Shown here piece after piece: positions 47,907 through 56,638 of a DNA stretch of 64,000 nucleotides. This DNA comes from a virus. The stretch lies in the IMG/VR virus record IMGVR_UViG_3300032249_001455, positions 9,429-73,428 of that record; one strand, given 5' to 3'. The position numbers and the translations under genes were made by a program. The notes under the pieces were generated by a model. It worked only from the letters and a program-made list of their open reading frames with translations. It searched no databases and was not told the origin of the DNA. Position 1 is the first letter of the stretch. Each line of letters begins with the position of its first letter.

Positions 47907-48541
47907 ATGTTCGCAGAAAAACCCCAGACGTTGAAGGCGCCCGACGACGTCATTTATACGCCTCCCGCCCAGAAAACCCAGTCCCCTTTAGGGGCTGGGA
48001 TGAATGGCGGTTAACTGTGTAAAAAATAAAAATTAACACTATAGTAAGTATGAGATTCGGGACGGAATCTTTGTACTTCGGTACTAGAAGCCGACTCCCT
48101 TTAGGGGGTCGGAGCGTTCACTACTCAAACGGCGCTTCAGGCACGGTGGAGTCCATACACATAGGAGGGCGAACCGAGGTCGTCAAGGTGACGGGGGTCA
48201 GGCTGACCAAGCACTCCGGGTATTGCAACAAGACAAAATGGGGAAGGGAGACATGCCTGTGGAGGCTTGACGCCGACATAGAACAACCCGAGGGGAGGAA
48301 GAACTACTTCGCTCCCCATCTAGACGGCATGGTGGACGTGAAGCAGAAATCCGGCCAACTAACCGAGCACGGGGAACGCCCTTGGGATGCTCTGACCAAC
48401 ATGTGCGTGGGCTGGGACCAGTTGAGATACGCAAACATCGTCTTCAAGGACGACAAACCAGTTTCTTTACATTTCACTCATCTGAAGTACAATGGGGAAA
48501 AGTGGATTGAAATTGCAAGTTTTGAGGCCGATTTCAAATGA
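47907..48541 (+). pseudogene. Gene interrupted by mini-IS copy 2 (3' part in frame with element ATG at 48050)
   Basis: Removing 47958-48121 gives MFAEKPQTLKAPDDVIY-YSNGASG in frame. Confidence 0.75.
47958..48121 (+). mobile_element. 164-bp non-autonomous IS200/IS605-family mini-element, copy 2
   Basis: Follows TTTAT; ends GTTCAC; differs from copy 1 by one extra C and the AT-rich linker. Confidence 0.88.
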
Positions 48542-48858
48542 TTTCACAAGAATCTCTAAATTATTGGCTTGTCATCGTTGTGGCCTACTTGTATTTTTAT
48601 TCTTGGGTCACCGCCTTCAGGCTCAGGGCGATACTCAAGAAAATAGAGAAAATGGAAGAGTACTGATAATGGAATCTGCAAGGGAATTCGCGGCGGCTTT
48701 CGTCCTAGCCATGGGATTCGCCATGGCTTTCATGTTGGTTGCCACCCCGGTTATTATCTTTTTGACTTGGGCGCTCCACAGGCTTTTCCCGTCCCCGGAC
48801 ACGGACGACCCGGGTCCGAAGTGAAAAGTCTTCGAAAAAACCCGCACCCGGAAGCCAA

Positions 48859-49227
48859 ATGGAGAGAAGGATGAACGCGACGCCGAATATGACGAACGAG
48901 CAGAAGACAGAAAAACTGTACGGAATTTTCAGGAACAAACTGGACGAAATAAGGAACAACGCCCGCGTGGGCCACTCATTCAAAACGCTGGACGCCGACA
49001 CCGTGAGGAGATATGACAACATCGGTGCCATAATCTCGGACAAAATCGAGGAGTACCTCTCCGAGCAAGGGCCCCATGTGAGAAGCCTTCACGCCGACAA
49101 TCTGGTGCATCTCATCAATGAGGGTCCGTTGGACGCGGTTGCGATACGAAACCACGTGAATTACGACAATATCATCGTGATTGAAAGGGAATACGCCGAG
49201 AAGATACTTGTGCTGGGACTGCCATGA
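48859..49227 (+). CDS. LGxP-family paralogue 2
   Basis: KLYGIF; EEYLSEQG; EYAEKILVLGLP*. Confidence 0.8.
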   Translation: MERRMNATPNMTNEQKTEKLYGIFRNKLDEIRNNARVGHSFKTLDADTVRRYDNIGAIISDKIEEYLSEQGPHVRSLHADNLVHLINEGPLDAVAIRNHVNYDNIIVIEREYAEKILVLGLP

Positions 49228-49562
49228 ACGAAGCCGCTGAATTCAACGATGATCGCGGGTGGCATTCGCTCTTGGGCGGCCGTCGAGCCCCCGACCCCTT
49301 CTTGGGCAACGGCCCCATCCACGACCGATTCCAGAATTTTTTGTACGACCAGCACGACCTCGCGAATATTCAATTGAAAGAATGGGGCGAATTAGCCTTC
49401 AGGAGAAGGATGGAGAAAGCGGGAGCCAGATTTATTCTTCCCGTCGCTAGTCCATGGTCTTCTAAAAAGCCCAGTGATTGGGTTTTTGATTCTCCCTTTG
49501 GCGGATATCTGGTCATAGACAGGGAAGCCGCCGAGAAGATATTGGTTTTAGGCCTGCCATGA
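49224..49562 (+). CDS. LGxP-family paralogue 3
   Basis: EAAEKILVLGLP*. Confidence 0.8.
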   Translation: MNEAAEFNDDRGWHSLLGGRRAPDPFLGNGPIHDRFQNFLYDQHDLANIQLKEWGELAFRRRMEKAGARFILPVASPWSSKKPSDWVFDSPFGGYLVIDREAAEKILVLGLP

Positions 49563-49882
49563 GAGATCTTTTTGAAATCGTGAAGGCCGCAAATCAACAT
49601 CCCCACCACGATGACCCGAGGAAGATGAAGGTCTATGACATTCTTCAAAGAAAGTATACAGACTGCTTTGAAAACAAAGAGATAAAACAATCAATCAATT
49701 TTGACTATTTGGGTCTCGCCAAGGCAAAGATGAAGTGGCATGAATATCTCAAGTCGCTCGGAATGACTTTCAACAAGAATGACGGCATCTTTGACCCCTC
49801 GTGTCATCTGGAGTGGCAACAAAGGTATATTCAAATTCCCGAAGACATGATGGACAAGATACTGACACTGGGTCTGCCATGA
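49559..49882 (+). CDS. LGxP-family paralogue 4
   Basis: KVYDIL; WHEYLKSLGM; IPEDMMDKILTLGLP*. Confidence 0.8.
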   Translation: MRDLFEIVKAANQHPHHDDPRKMKVYDILQRKYTDCFENKEIKQSINFDYLGLAKAKMKWHEYLKSLGMTFNKNDGIFDPSCHLEWQQRYIQIPEDMMDKILTLGLP

Positions 49883-50127
49883 ACCAAGAAAAGGCCAATC
49901 TGATTGAAAATCTTCTCGTTCTTAAATATGATCGGGACTTCTACATGACGACGAAATCATGGGAAGATTATATACATTCCATCGGCTGTTCTTTCAGTCC
50001 CATAGTCGTGGAGCGCTATGAGGCATATGATCCCGACGTATTAGGGCAGGCGAGCGGAGTGGTGCGTAAAATATACATCCCGTTAGAGATCGGTCTCAAG
50101 GTCTTGACTCTCGGAGGTTTCCCGTGA
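49879..50127 (+). CDS. LGxP-family paralogue 5
   Basis: WEDYIHSIGC; IPLEIGLKVLTLGGFP*. Confidence 0.8.
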   Translation: MNQEKANLIENLLVLKYDRDFYMTTKSWEDYIHSIGCSFSPIVVERYEAYDPDVLGQASGVVRKIYIPLEIGLKVLTLGGFP

Positions 50128-50414
50128 ATCTTTCGTACGAGACAAAGAAGAAACTGAACGAGATGCTGTGGAAAAGGTACTTTGAAAAGAGTCGTGGCGA
50201 GATTTGGAGTCCGGACAGAAGCGAGTGGAAAGAATACCTGTTCAGTTTGGGCTGTGTTTTGGGAGTAGAGGGGAATGGGTGGCGACACATGGCTCCTCCG
50301 CCCAACAAGATTGAGGGAACCGTGGTGCTTAATGACCCGGCAGACTCGCTCCATGGAGTGGCCTTTCCCAACGAGGTTATTACAAGAGTCTTGATTCTCG
50401 GAGGTTTCCCGTGA
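50124..50414 (+). CDS. LGxP-family paralogue 6
   Basis: KLNEML; WKEYLFSLGC; FPNEVITRVLILGGFP*. Confidence 0.8.
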   Translation: MNLSYETKKKLNEMLWKRYFEKSRGEIWSPDRSEWKEYLFSLGCVLGVEGNGWRHMAPPPNKIEGTVVLNDPADSLHGVAFPNEVITRVLILGGFP

Positions 50415-50447
50415 AAAACAAAATCTACCGCATCTGGGGCTTCTGTC

Positions 50448-50753
50448 ATGGATTATGAGAAAATTGCCCGCGCCTTCAAGGAGTTGGCGTATAGGGCGAA
50501 TGGCCTCCGGTTGGAGAGCTCCGAAGCCGGCGAGACCTTCACCTGGGTGGGCGACGGGCTTCCTCAAAAATGGAAGAGTCTCAAGGAGCTGGAAGTTTAC
50601 TTTGAAGGCGTGGGTGGCAAGGTAACACCGTACGCCGAAAAAAGAGAAGGCTACCTTGTTGTGAACATAAGTGAGGACGAATGGATGCCGCAAGTTTTAG
50701 AAGTCCCCATGGAATTCGCCATGAAGGTCCTGACGCTAGGAGGATTCCCGTGA
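50448..50753 (+). CDS. LGxP-family paralogue 7
   Basis: VPMEFAMKVLTLGGFP*; close to paralogue 21. Confidence 0.8.
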   Translation: MDYEKIARAFKELAYRANGLRLESSEAGETFTWVGDGLPQKWKSLKELEVYFEGVGGKVTPYAEKREGYLVVNISEDEWMPQVLEVPMEFAMKVLTLGGFP

Positions 50754-51073
50754 AGTGGGACAAGGAATCGCTTGAGAAGGTGACTACGATCCTTGCCGAC
50801 CTCCCGCTGGAGAAGTGGCGCGAATTCAGCCAGGAAATGGACGCACGGGACGCAATTACATCCTCTTGGGCGGCGACGGTCTGGCCCTGTCCCGTCGGAA
50901 CCGCGCACATAAGCCAGGGGCATGACCCCAAGCCAGCATACCTGAAGTTGACAAACAAAGTCGTGATAAGGAATCCGTTCCCGCACCACCACTTTGTGAT
51001 AGCCACCACTCCCTACATCGAGGTGGATGCCGACATGGCGATGAAGGTCCTCGTATTGGGAGGTGTCCCTTGA
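50750..51073 (+). CDS. LGxP-family paralogue 8
   Basis: GTG start; WREF; IRNP; AMKVLVLGGVP*. Confidence 0.8.
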   Translation: MKWDKESLEKVTTILADLPLEKWREFSQEMDARDAITSSWAATVWPCPVGTAHISQGHDPKPAYLKLTNKVVIRNPFPHHHFVIATTPYIEVDADMAMKVLVLGGVP

Positions 51074-51345
51074 AATTAGACTCCGATCAGTACTTCAAGC
51101 TCGCCCAGCTCCTAAATGACAAGTACAATCGCGACTTCTGGATGGACGACGAGGCGTGGAAGAAATACTTGACTTCATTCGGCGGCGCCAGGATGGACAC
51201 GAACAACCCCCGCATAAAGACGATCTTTTTTCAGACGCTCAATGACCCCGTCGTCGTTCTGGTGGACCCCAACGACCTTGACTGTGTCTTGGCTATTCCC
51301 GACGAGATCGCCTTGAAGGCATTGGCGCTGGGCTGTTTCGCATGA
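51070..51345 (+). CDS. LGxP-family paralogue 9
   Basis: KLAQLL; WKKYLTSFG; IPDEIALKALALGCFA*. Confidence 0.8.
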   Translation: MKLDSDQYFKLAQLLNDKYNRDFWMDDEAWKKYLTSFGGARMDTNNPRIKTIFFQTLNDPVVVLVDPNDLDCVLAIPDEIALKALALGCFA

Positions 51346-51710
51346 TGCTTGACACGGACAAGTTGTACCTCCTCCTTAACGACAAGTGGCTTGAGGTAGG
51401 TCTTCTTTGGCGCAGCGCCTTCCGGCGGCAGATCGGTCTCGACGGTTCTCCGGCCCGCCGCACGACCCACGGACACGCCGAACGAAATCTGTGGGACGAA
51501 TACCTGCGGGAGATGAACATAGTCCACCCCGCAGTAGAAGTTCATTTTCTCGGAAGGGAGACCGAACACTACTTCGTCGAGAACCCGTCGGGGAAGGGGG
51601 GTTCAAGGGACATCTGGAAGTTGGGCATCCCCAAGGAGCTCGCCATGAAGGCCATTATTCTCGGATACTTCCCCGACAGCCCCTCGCTGGAACGCCTGAG
51701 GAACTCATGA
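51342..51710 (+). CDS. LGxP-family paralogue 10
   Basis: KLYLLL; WDEYLREM; IPKELAMKAIILGYFPDSPS. Confidence 0.8.
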   Translation: MMLDTDKLYLLLNDKWLEVGLLWRSAFRRQIGLDGSPARRTTHGHAERNLWDEYLREMNIVHPAVEVHFLGRETEHYFVENPSGKGGSRDIWKLGIPKELAMKAIILGYFPDSPSLERLRNS

Positions 51711-52096
51711 AGCGAAATTTCAAGATGGGGAAGGGCGAAAAGGACGCGACCCAGAAGATATACAAACTGCTTGACGACAGACTTTTGCGGATATCTGACG
51801 AGATATACGAGGAAAGCGACCCGGCCGAATCTAGCAAGTTAAGCATGGTTAAAATAGAGAAATTCTTTCAGCTGGAGTCCGCTTGGACGGCGTACCTTGA
51901 AGGATTGGGTCTCAAGAGGACAATGTGTTCGCACAAGGACTGGCGGCGCGAGGTCTCGATAGACAACTGCAGAATCAGCGACCCTCTCTGTGTCAGTATG
52001 TTCATCGATGTTCCAAAGGAACTAGCCCTGAAAGTCCTTGTTCTCGGATACCTTCCCGACAGCCCTTCAATCAAGAAGATGATTCAACCCGCATGA
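51707..52096 (+). CDS. LGxP-family paralogue 11
   Basis: KIYKLL; WTAYLEGLG; VPKELALKVLVLGYLPDSPS. Confidence 0.8.
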   Translation: MKRNFKMGKGEKDATQKIYKLLDDRLLRISDEIYEESDPAESSKLSMVKIEKFFQLESAWTAYLEGLGLKRTMCSHKDWRREVSIDNCRISDPLCVSMFIDVPKELALKVLVLGYLPDSPSIKKMIQPA

Positions 52097-52485
52097 CAAA
52101 AGACAAAATTTACCACCTGCTCAACGAAAAACTCTTCAACATCGCCGATTTGCACTATCAAAACGCCGGCGCGGAATGGAGGACCGTAGAAAACAAAGAA
52201 CTTTGGGAAACCTACCTAAAAGAGATGGGCATGGTCTTATTCGTACGATCAGGGTGGTTCAAGGAGAACGATATGGAGGACGAAATCGAGAACCTCTCCT
52301 TCTCGGACCTCCAAGGCCAGAAAGTTGACATTGAATGGATCAAAGAAAACCTTATAATAATCCAGGATCCGCTTGCGCAGTACCATAGAGTTGGCATCCC
52401 CAAGGAACTGGCCATGAGCGCCATGACCCTCGGATATTTCCCCGACAGCCCTTCAATTCAAAAGATGCGAGAACGCAATGAATAG
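52093..52485 (+). CDS. LGxP-family paralogue 12
   Basis: KIYHLL; WETYLKEMG; IPKELAMSAMTLGYFPDSPS. Confidence 0.8.
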   Translation: MTKDKIYHLLNEKLFNIADLHYQNAGAEWRTVENKELWETYLKEMGMVLFVRSGWFKENDMEDEIENLSFSDLQGQKVDIEWIKENLIIIQDPLAQYHRVGIPKELAMSAMTLGYFPDSPSIQKMRERNE

Positions 52486-52816
52486 CGAATCAATCAAGAC
52501 CGAAGCTGCCCTCTTCATATTTTATATTTTTGTCGGACTGGTTCTTTTTCTTGTTGGTTGTATAGGCTTGTATTTTGCTTTAAAGAGACAGCCGTCAAAC
52601 CGAGAGACGCAGGTCTGTTCCGGTTGCGGTGCCGAATGGACTACACTCCACAAAGATCGGTTTTGGAAGCCTTCGGCCCCCATTACTCGTTGCCCGGAGT
52701 GCCCTATGACGGAAGAGGAGTTCGAGAAACTTAAGGAACAGGTTCGGCGAGGAGATAAGCCGGATCTGAAGAATTTGCCGTCAATTACCCACCCCCTAAA
52801 GGGAGTGGGCTTGTAA
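52478..52816 (+). CDS. Membrane-anchored CxxC..CxxC protein; last 11 aa derive from inserted element
   Basis: TM helix, CSGC/CPEC; tail SITHPLKGVGL read from element end. Confidence 0.65.
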   Translation: MNSESIKTEAALFIFYIFVGLVLFLVGCIGLYFALKRQPSNRETQVCSGCGAEWTTLHKDRFWKPSAPITRCPECPMTEEEFEKLKEQVRRGDKPDLKNLPSITHPLKGVGL

Positions 52817-52906
52817 ATCACCGGAGCCTTCTCCACAGTGTCTACTATAAGCCAATTGACACATGGCTCGTTCCTCAACAGCTTGCCGTTTCCTTGCCGA
52901 ATTCAG
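52780..52906. mobile_element. 127-bp IS200/IS605-family remnant (IscB/TnpB-type ends)
   Basis: GTCAATTACCCACCCCCTAAAGGGAGTGGGCTTGT start and TTTCCTTGCCG near the end match the ends of the 58703 element; followed by ATGAA. Confidence 0.75.
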
Positions 52907-53239
52907 ATGAACACTGACACTGCCATCTTGGAAACCAAGTTGTACGGTCTTCTGCTCAAGAAGTCGGAGGAAATCTGCAGAAATAACTCGGCTAGGTGTC
53001 CGGCCTTCTGGACTCCTTCAATCATACATAAGTGGGCGGAATATCTTGAGGGCATTGGATGCTTAAAAATAGATATCGTCCGTCCGCGGCGAGGGTGGAG
53101 CCATGCGAAGTACGCGAAATCCAAGGCCCCCGAAGGGACGCAGTGCATCGTGAACCCGGCGAATCTGGGCTTCCACAGCTTCGTTATCATCCCAAACGAT
53201 CTTGCCCTGAAGGCTCTCGCCTTGGGAGGGTTCCCGTGA
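52907..53239 (+). CDS. LGxP-family paralogue 13
   Basis: KLYGLL; WAEYLEGIGC; IPNDLALKALALGGFP*. Confidence 0.8.
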   Translation: MNTDTAILETKLYGLLLKKSEEICRNNSARCPAFWTPSIIHKWAEYLEGIGCLKIDIVRPRRGWSHAKYAKSKAPEGTQCIVNPANLGFHSFVIIPNDLALKALALGGFP

Positions 53240-53625
53240 GGGACAAAGTCTTCAAGCTCATCCTCTGCAGGATTCAAGAAATGTCCACCTGGTACAGCAG
53301 GAACTTCAACTTCCACGACAGGGCTAAAATAGATGAATGGCCGTGCAGCCAATACTCCATGATCCAGAACTACCTGGAGGAGATCGGATGCTCCCAAGTC
53401 CGATGCCCCAAGGAGGTCTTTTTGGAACTGAAGTACAGCCCCGGCGGCCGCAGGACCGCAGAACTCCTGAACATTAGCGAAGGGAAATTCTTCCTTTTGG
53501 CTCATCCTTGGGAGTCCACGACTCTAATCCTCATTCCGTACGAACTGGGCGTGAAGGCTGCCGCGCTCGGCGAGTTCCCAATCGGGCCAAAAACGTCTAG
53601 AATGCTCGGTCAGGGATTGAAATGA
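53236..53625 (+). CDS. LGxP-family paralogue 14
   Basis: KVFKLI; NYLEEIGC; IPYELGVKAAALGEFP. Confidence 0.8.
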   Translation: MRDKVFKLILCRIQEMSTWYSRNFNFHDRAKIDEWPCSQYSMIQNYLEEIGCSQVRCPKEVFLELKYSPGGRRTAELLNISEGKFFLLAHPWESTTLILIPYELGVKAAALGEFPIGPKTSRMLGQGLK

Positions 53626-53924
53626 TGTACCGTTTGTTCCTAGACGACATGAGAAACCCGCCCGACGAAGATTGGATCGTCTGTCGGTCTACACAGGAAG
53701 CGGTGGAAATCATCAAGGAAAAAGGAATCCCCGACTTCATGAGCCTTGACCACGACCTTGGCGGAGAGGACACGACCATGGTCTTCCTCAAAAGGCTCGT
53801 GGATGAAATCTGGGACGGCCAGTCCAAACCGCCCAAGTACCAAGTCCACAGCGCGAACCCGATAGGGACGCAGAATATAATCTCGTATATGGAATCTTGG
53901 ATCAAATCAACTGGAGGCAAATGA
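53622..53924 (+). CDS. Cyclic-phosphate-processing receiver-like domain protein
   Basis: LFLDDMRNPP, SLDHDLG, VHSANPIG. Confidence 0.8.
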   Translation: MMYRLFLDDMRNPPDEDWIVCRSTQEAVEIIKEKGIPDFMSLDHDLGGEDTTMVFLKRLVDEIWDGQSKPPKYQVHSANPIGTQNIISYMESWIKSTGGK

Positions 53925-54250
53925 TGGGACAAACACGATCCGACGAGCCAGAAGGAAACGGAATCTTCATCGGGGCGGTCTTTGGCGTCTTCACAGTGAT
54001 TTTCGTGATTTTTGTGACTTCAATGTTATGTTCCAAGTCAAAGATAGACCCAGAAACAACATATCAAGTATTTGATGTGACAGACAGCGTGGGCAAGACA
54101 TACCGAAACCTGAAGCGCTTTGATGGAAACACATTTGTGGACTACCATAGAAACCTGTACAGTTTCCACGGGAACTACACCGTGATCAGCAGAAATGTCA
54201 GCGGCGAAGAGTTAATGATGGAAGTGGGCATAGAAAAGGAAAACCAATGA
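53921..54250 (+). CDS. Membrane-anchored hypothetical protein
   Basis: GGAGG SD; N-terminal TM helix. Confidence 0.6.
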   Translation: MMGQTRSDEPEGNGIFIGAVFGVFTVIFVIFVTSMLCSKSKIDPETTYQVFDVTDSVGKTYRNLKRFDGNTFVDYHRNLYSFHGNYTVISRNVSGEELMMEVGIEKENQ

Positions 54251-54395
54251 ACGGTGAAAAAGAATTGAAGAACCTGAAGTCTTTGGTCAGGAGTTTCCTG
54301 AAGGAGATAGAATATGTCCCGATGCGAGCCGTAGACTGCGACCAGGACGAGATTGAAAGACTGATGGCGCAACTCGCCGAGGCGGCTAAAGAGAG

Positions 54396-54731
54396 ATGAA
54401 CCCGACAGACCATCTGATTGGCAGGCAAGAGGACTTGGACTTTCTAGTGAAGATGACTGAAAGTCTCTACAAAATGCTTGAGGAAAGACACCATGATCTC
54501 ATGGTCTTCTTCGGGGATATTTGTTGCGACCCCCAACGCTGGCCGATACATCTGAAGCCGATATGGTACGGGTATCTTATGGAATTGGGATGCAAAAAGG
54601 GCCTCCAATCAGGCGACTTCTTTAACATTCCCAGCCCTTCCAATGAATGGAAAGATACAGTGGCTTTCCCCAAGGATGTCGCCCTAAAGGCCTTGGCTCT
54701 CGACGCGTTGCCGGAAATGGACTTGAAATGA
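54396..54731 (+). CDS. LGxP-family paralogue 15
   Basis: LYKML; WYGYLMELGC; FPKDVALKALALDALP. Confidence 0.8.
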   Translation: MNPTDHLIGRQEDLDFLVKMTESLYKMLEERHHDLMVFFGDICCDPQRWPIHLKPIWYGYLMELGCKKGLQSGDFFNIPSPSNEWKDTVAFPKDVALKALALDALPEMDLK

Positions 54732-55048
54732 CCGACAAGATATACCTGCTCTTGAAGAAGAGGTTTGATGAACTGGTCGGAGCCTTTATCGCCGTCAAAA
54801 AAGAAGAACGCATTCTAGGCCTGAATGACATTTGGCTTAATTACCTTGAAGGCGTAGGATGTGCAGTCATTGACCATGTCCGCCCTCCATCGACCCCTCT
54901 TTCGGAATCGGAGAACTTCGTGATCTGTCGTAATCCCTCAAGCCCTCCTTTCGGCAAAGGGTCTGTGGAGGAGGTGTGGATTCCCAAGAAGACTGCGCTC
55001 AAGGCCCTCGTAGTAGGTGATTTTCCGCCCGCAAGCAAGCAAAAATGA
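54728..55048 (+). CDS. LGxP-family paralogue 16
   Basis: MTDKIYLLL; WLNYLEGVGC; IPKKTALKALVVGDFP. Confidence 0.8.
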   Translation: MTDKIYLLLKKRFDELVGAFIAVKKEERILGLNDIWLNYLEGVGCAVIDHVRPPSTPLSESENFVICRNPSSPPFGKGSVEEVWIPKKTALKALVVGDFPPASKQK

Positions 55049-55344
55049 CCGACAAGATATACAAACTCCTGAAAAAGAGGCTGAACGAGATTCACGCGAA
55101 AGCCATAGGCGATCCCTACGAATGGCCTGTGGAGCGCTTGTGGTGTGATTACCTTGATGAGATCGGATGTCGCCGATATCATAGTTCGGCCATCCTTGAT
55201 ATTCTTGATCAGGTCATTCCGGGAATTGAAGACCATGTGGTCTGCGTGAATCCCATGAGTGGCTTCATGAATTACATCGCCGTCCCCAAGGAGACCGCAC
55301 TCAAGGCCATAGTCCTCGGCGATTTCCCGGAGTTCTCTCTGTGA
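55045..55344 (+). CDS. LGxP-family paralogue 17
   Basis: MTDKIYKLL; WCDYLDEIGC; VPKETALKAIVLGDFP. Confidence 0.8.
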   Translation: MTDKIYKLLKKRLNEIHAKAIGDPYEWPVERLWCDYLDEIGCRRYHSSAILDILDQVIPGIEDHVVCVNPMSGFMNYIAVPKETALKAIVLGDFPEFSL

Positions 55345-55724
55345 AGGACGACAACGTGCTGAAACAAATAATAGAATCCGTCGAGTCAGTCCTTTGCGAT
55401 TTGTTTGATTGGCCCACGCGACAAACATGCGAAGCGCTGGACAGGATGGGTTGCGCTGAAAATTTGAAACTTGGTCATGTCTTTCGCATGAAATACATTG
55501 AGATGTCATATGAAAAATTCATTTTCGCCTGCAATGATCATTCATGCGTTCCGCTGGCTCGCGAATGGAATGCTTATTTGAATTCACTCGGATGTATTCC
55601 AGGATCAAAATACAAAGTCCTCCAAGTTTCGCGCAAAGACTTTATAGTCTCAAACCCGCCGGGCGGCTTCATCGTCGTTCCCGAAGAGACCGCCAGCAAA
55701 ATTCTCGTCTTGGGTCTGCCGTGA
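55341..55724 (+). CDS. LGxP-family paralogue 18
   Basis: WNAYLNSLGC; VPEETASKILVLGLP*. Confidence 0.8.
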   Translation: MKDDNVLKQIIESVESVLCDLFDWPTRQTCEALDRMGCAENLKLGHVFRMKYIEMSYEKFIFACNDHSCVPLAREWNAYLNSLGCIPGSKYKVLQVSRKDFIVSNPPGGFIVVPEETASKILVLGLP

Positions 55725-55733
55725 GGCGTCAAA

Positions 55734-56033
55734 ATGAACTCTAAAATGGGATGCACCAAACTCCACGCCCTATTGAATGAAAAGTGGGAAAAGGTGTTTG
55801 AACAGCACCGTTCCCTCCAGAAATGGGCGGAATATATCAACGAGATGGGCTTCAGGACGACAAAAATCGTATACGCTCCCGATCGGACCCCTGAAGGACA
55901 CATTGCGTATGCGATGCAATTTCCCGACCACGAGGACGTCTTCTTCGTCCTTGACCCGCTGAGCAAATTGCATCTTATTTCAATTCCACAGGAATTCGCC
56001 TTCAAGGTTCTGGCTTTGGGAGGATTCCCGTGA
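55734..56033 (+). CDS. LGxP-family paralogue 19
   Basis: KLHALL; WAEYINEMG; IPQEFAFKVLALGGFP*. Confidence 0.8.
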   Translation: MNSKMGCTKLHALLNEKWEKVFEQHRSLQKWAEYINEMGFRTTKIVYAPDRTPEGHIAYAMQFPDHEDVFFVLDPLSKLHLISIPQEFAFKVLALGGFP

Positions 56034-56308
56034 CACACCGCCAGAAATCCGAAAAATTCAAGGAACTGCTCTGGAACACCAACATCGCACGGGGATACAG
56101 CGGGCCCGACAGGCTGAGGTGGAAGAACAAGGAACAGTTCGCGGATTATGTTGAGGACATCGGCGGCAGGGTCAAGGCGGACATGAGGAAGCGCAGAGGA
56201 TATCTGGTTCTCCTTATTCGAGAAGAAGCATGTGGCAGACCCCAGATTGTCGCGGAGTTCCCAATAGAGTTCGTGGACAGGGCTCTGGCGCTAGGATTCC
56301 TGCCATGA
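56030..56308 (+). CDS. LGxP-family paralogue 20
   Basis: KFKELL; DYVEDIGG; FPIEFVDRALALGFLP*. Confidence 0.8.
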   Translation: MTHRQKSEKFKELLWNTNIARGYSGPDRLRWKNKEQFADYVEDIGGRVKADMRKRRGYLVLLIREEACGRPQIVAEFPIEFVDRALALGFLP

Positions 56309-56601
56309 GGTACGAGGAGAAGGCCAGGATATTCAGAGAGCTTGCCTATAAAGCCAACGGGCTCACCTATCCGCCGCTGCCGAGGTGGGTCGGCGACCCG
56401 AGCCCGGACAGACAAAGATGGAAGAGCATCAAGGAGTTGGAAGCTTATTTCCAGGGCTGGGGCGGCCGTTTCAAAATGGACAACAAGAGAAGACGGGGAT
56501 ATCTGGTGGTGGACTTGAACGAGGGCATGAATACATCTCAGATCATAGAAGTCCCCATGGAGTTCGCCACGAGGGTCTTGGCGTTGGGTGGATTTCCTTG
56601 A
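56305..56601 (+). CDS. LGxP-family paralogue 21
   Basis: VPMEFATRVLALGGFP*; close to paralogue 7. Confidence 0.8.
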   Translation: MRYEEKARIFRELAYKANGLTYPPLPRWVGDPSPDRQRWKSIKELEAYFQGWGGRFKMDNKRRRGYLVVDLNEGMNTSQIIEVPMEFATRVLALGGFP

Positions 56602-56638
56602 ACTTTACGTTGAAAGGAATCAAGACTATAATGCTCTC

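Noticed and set aside
43827-48121. Mini-elements as IStrons or group I introns
   Set aside because: 155-164 nt, fully accounted for by IS end hairpins and a short linker; no recognisable group I core.
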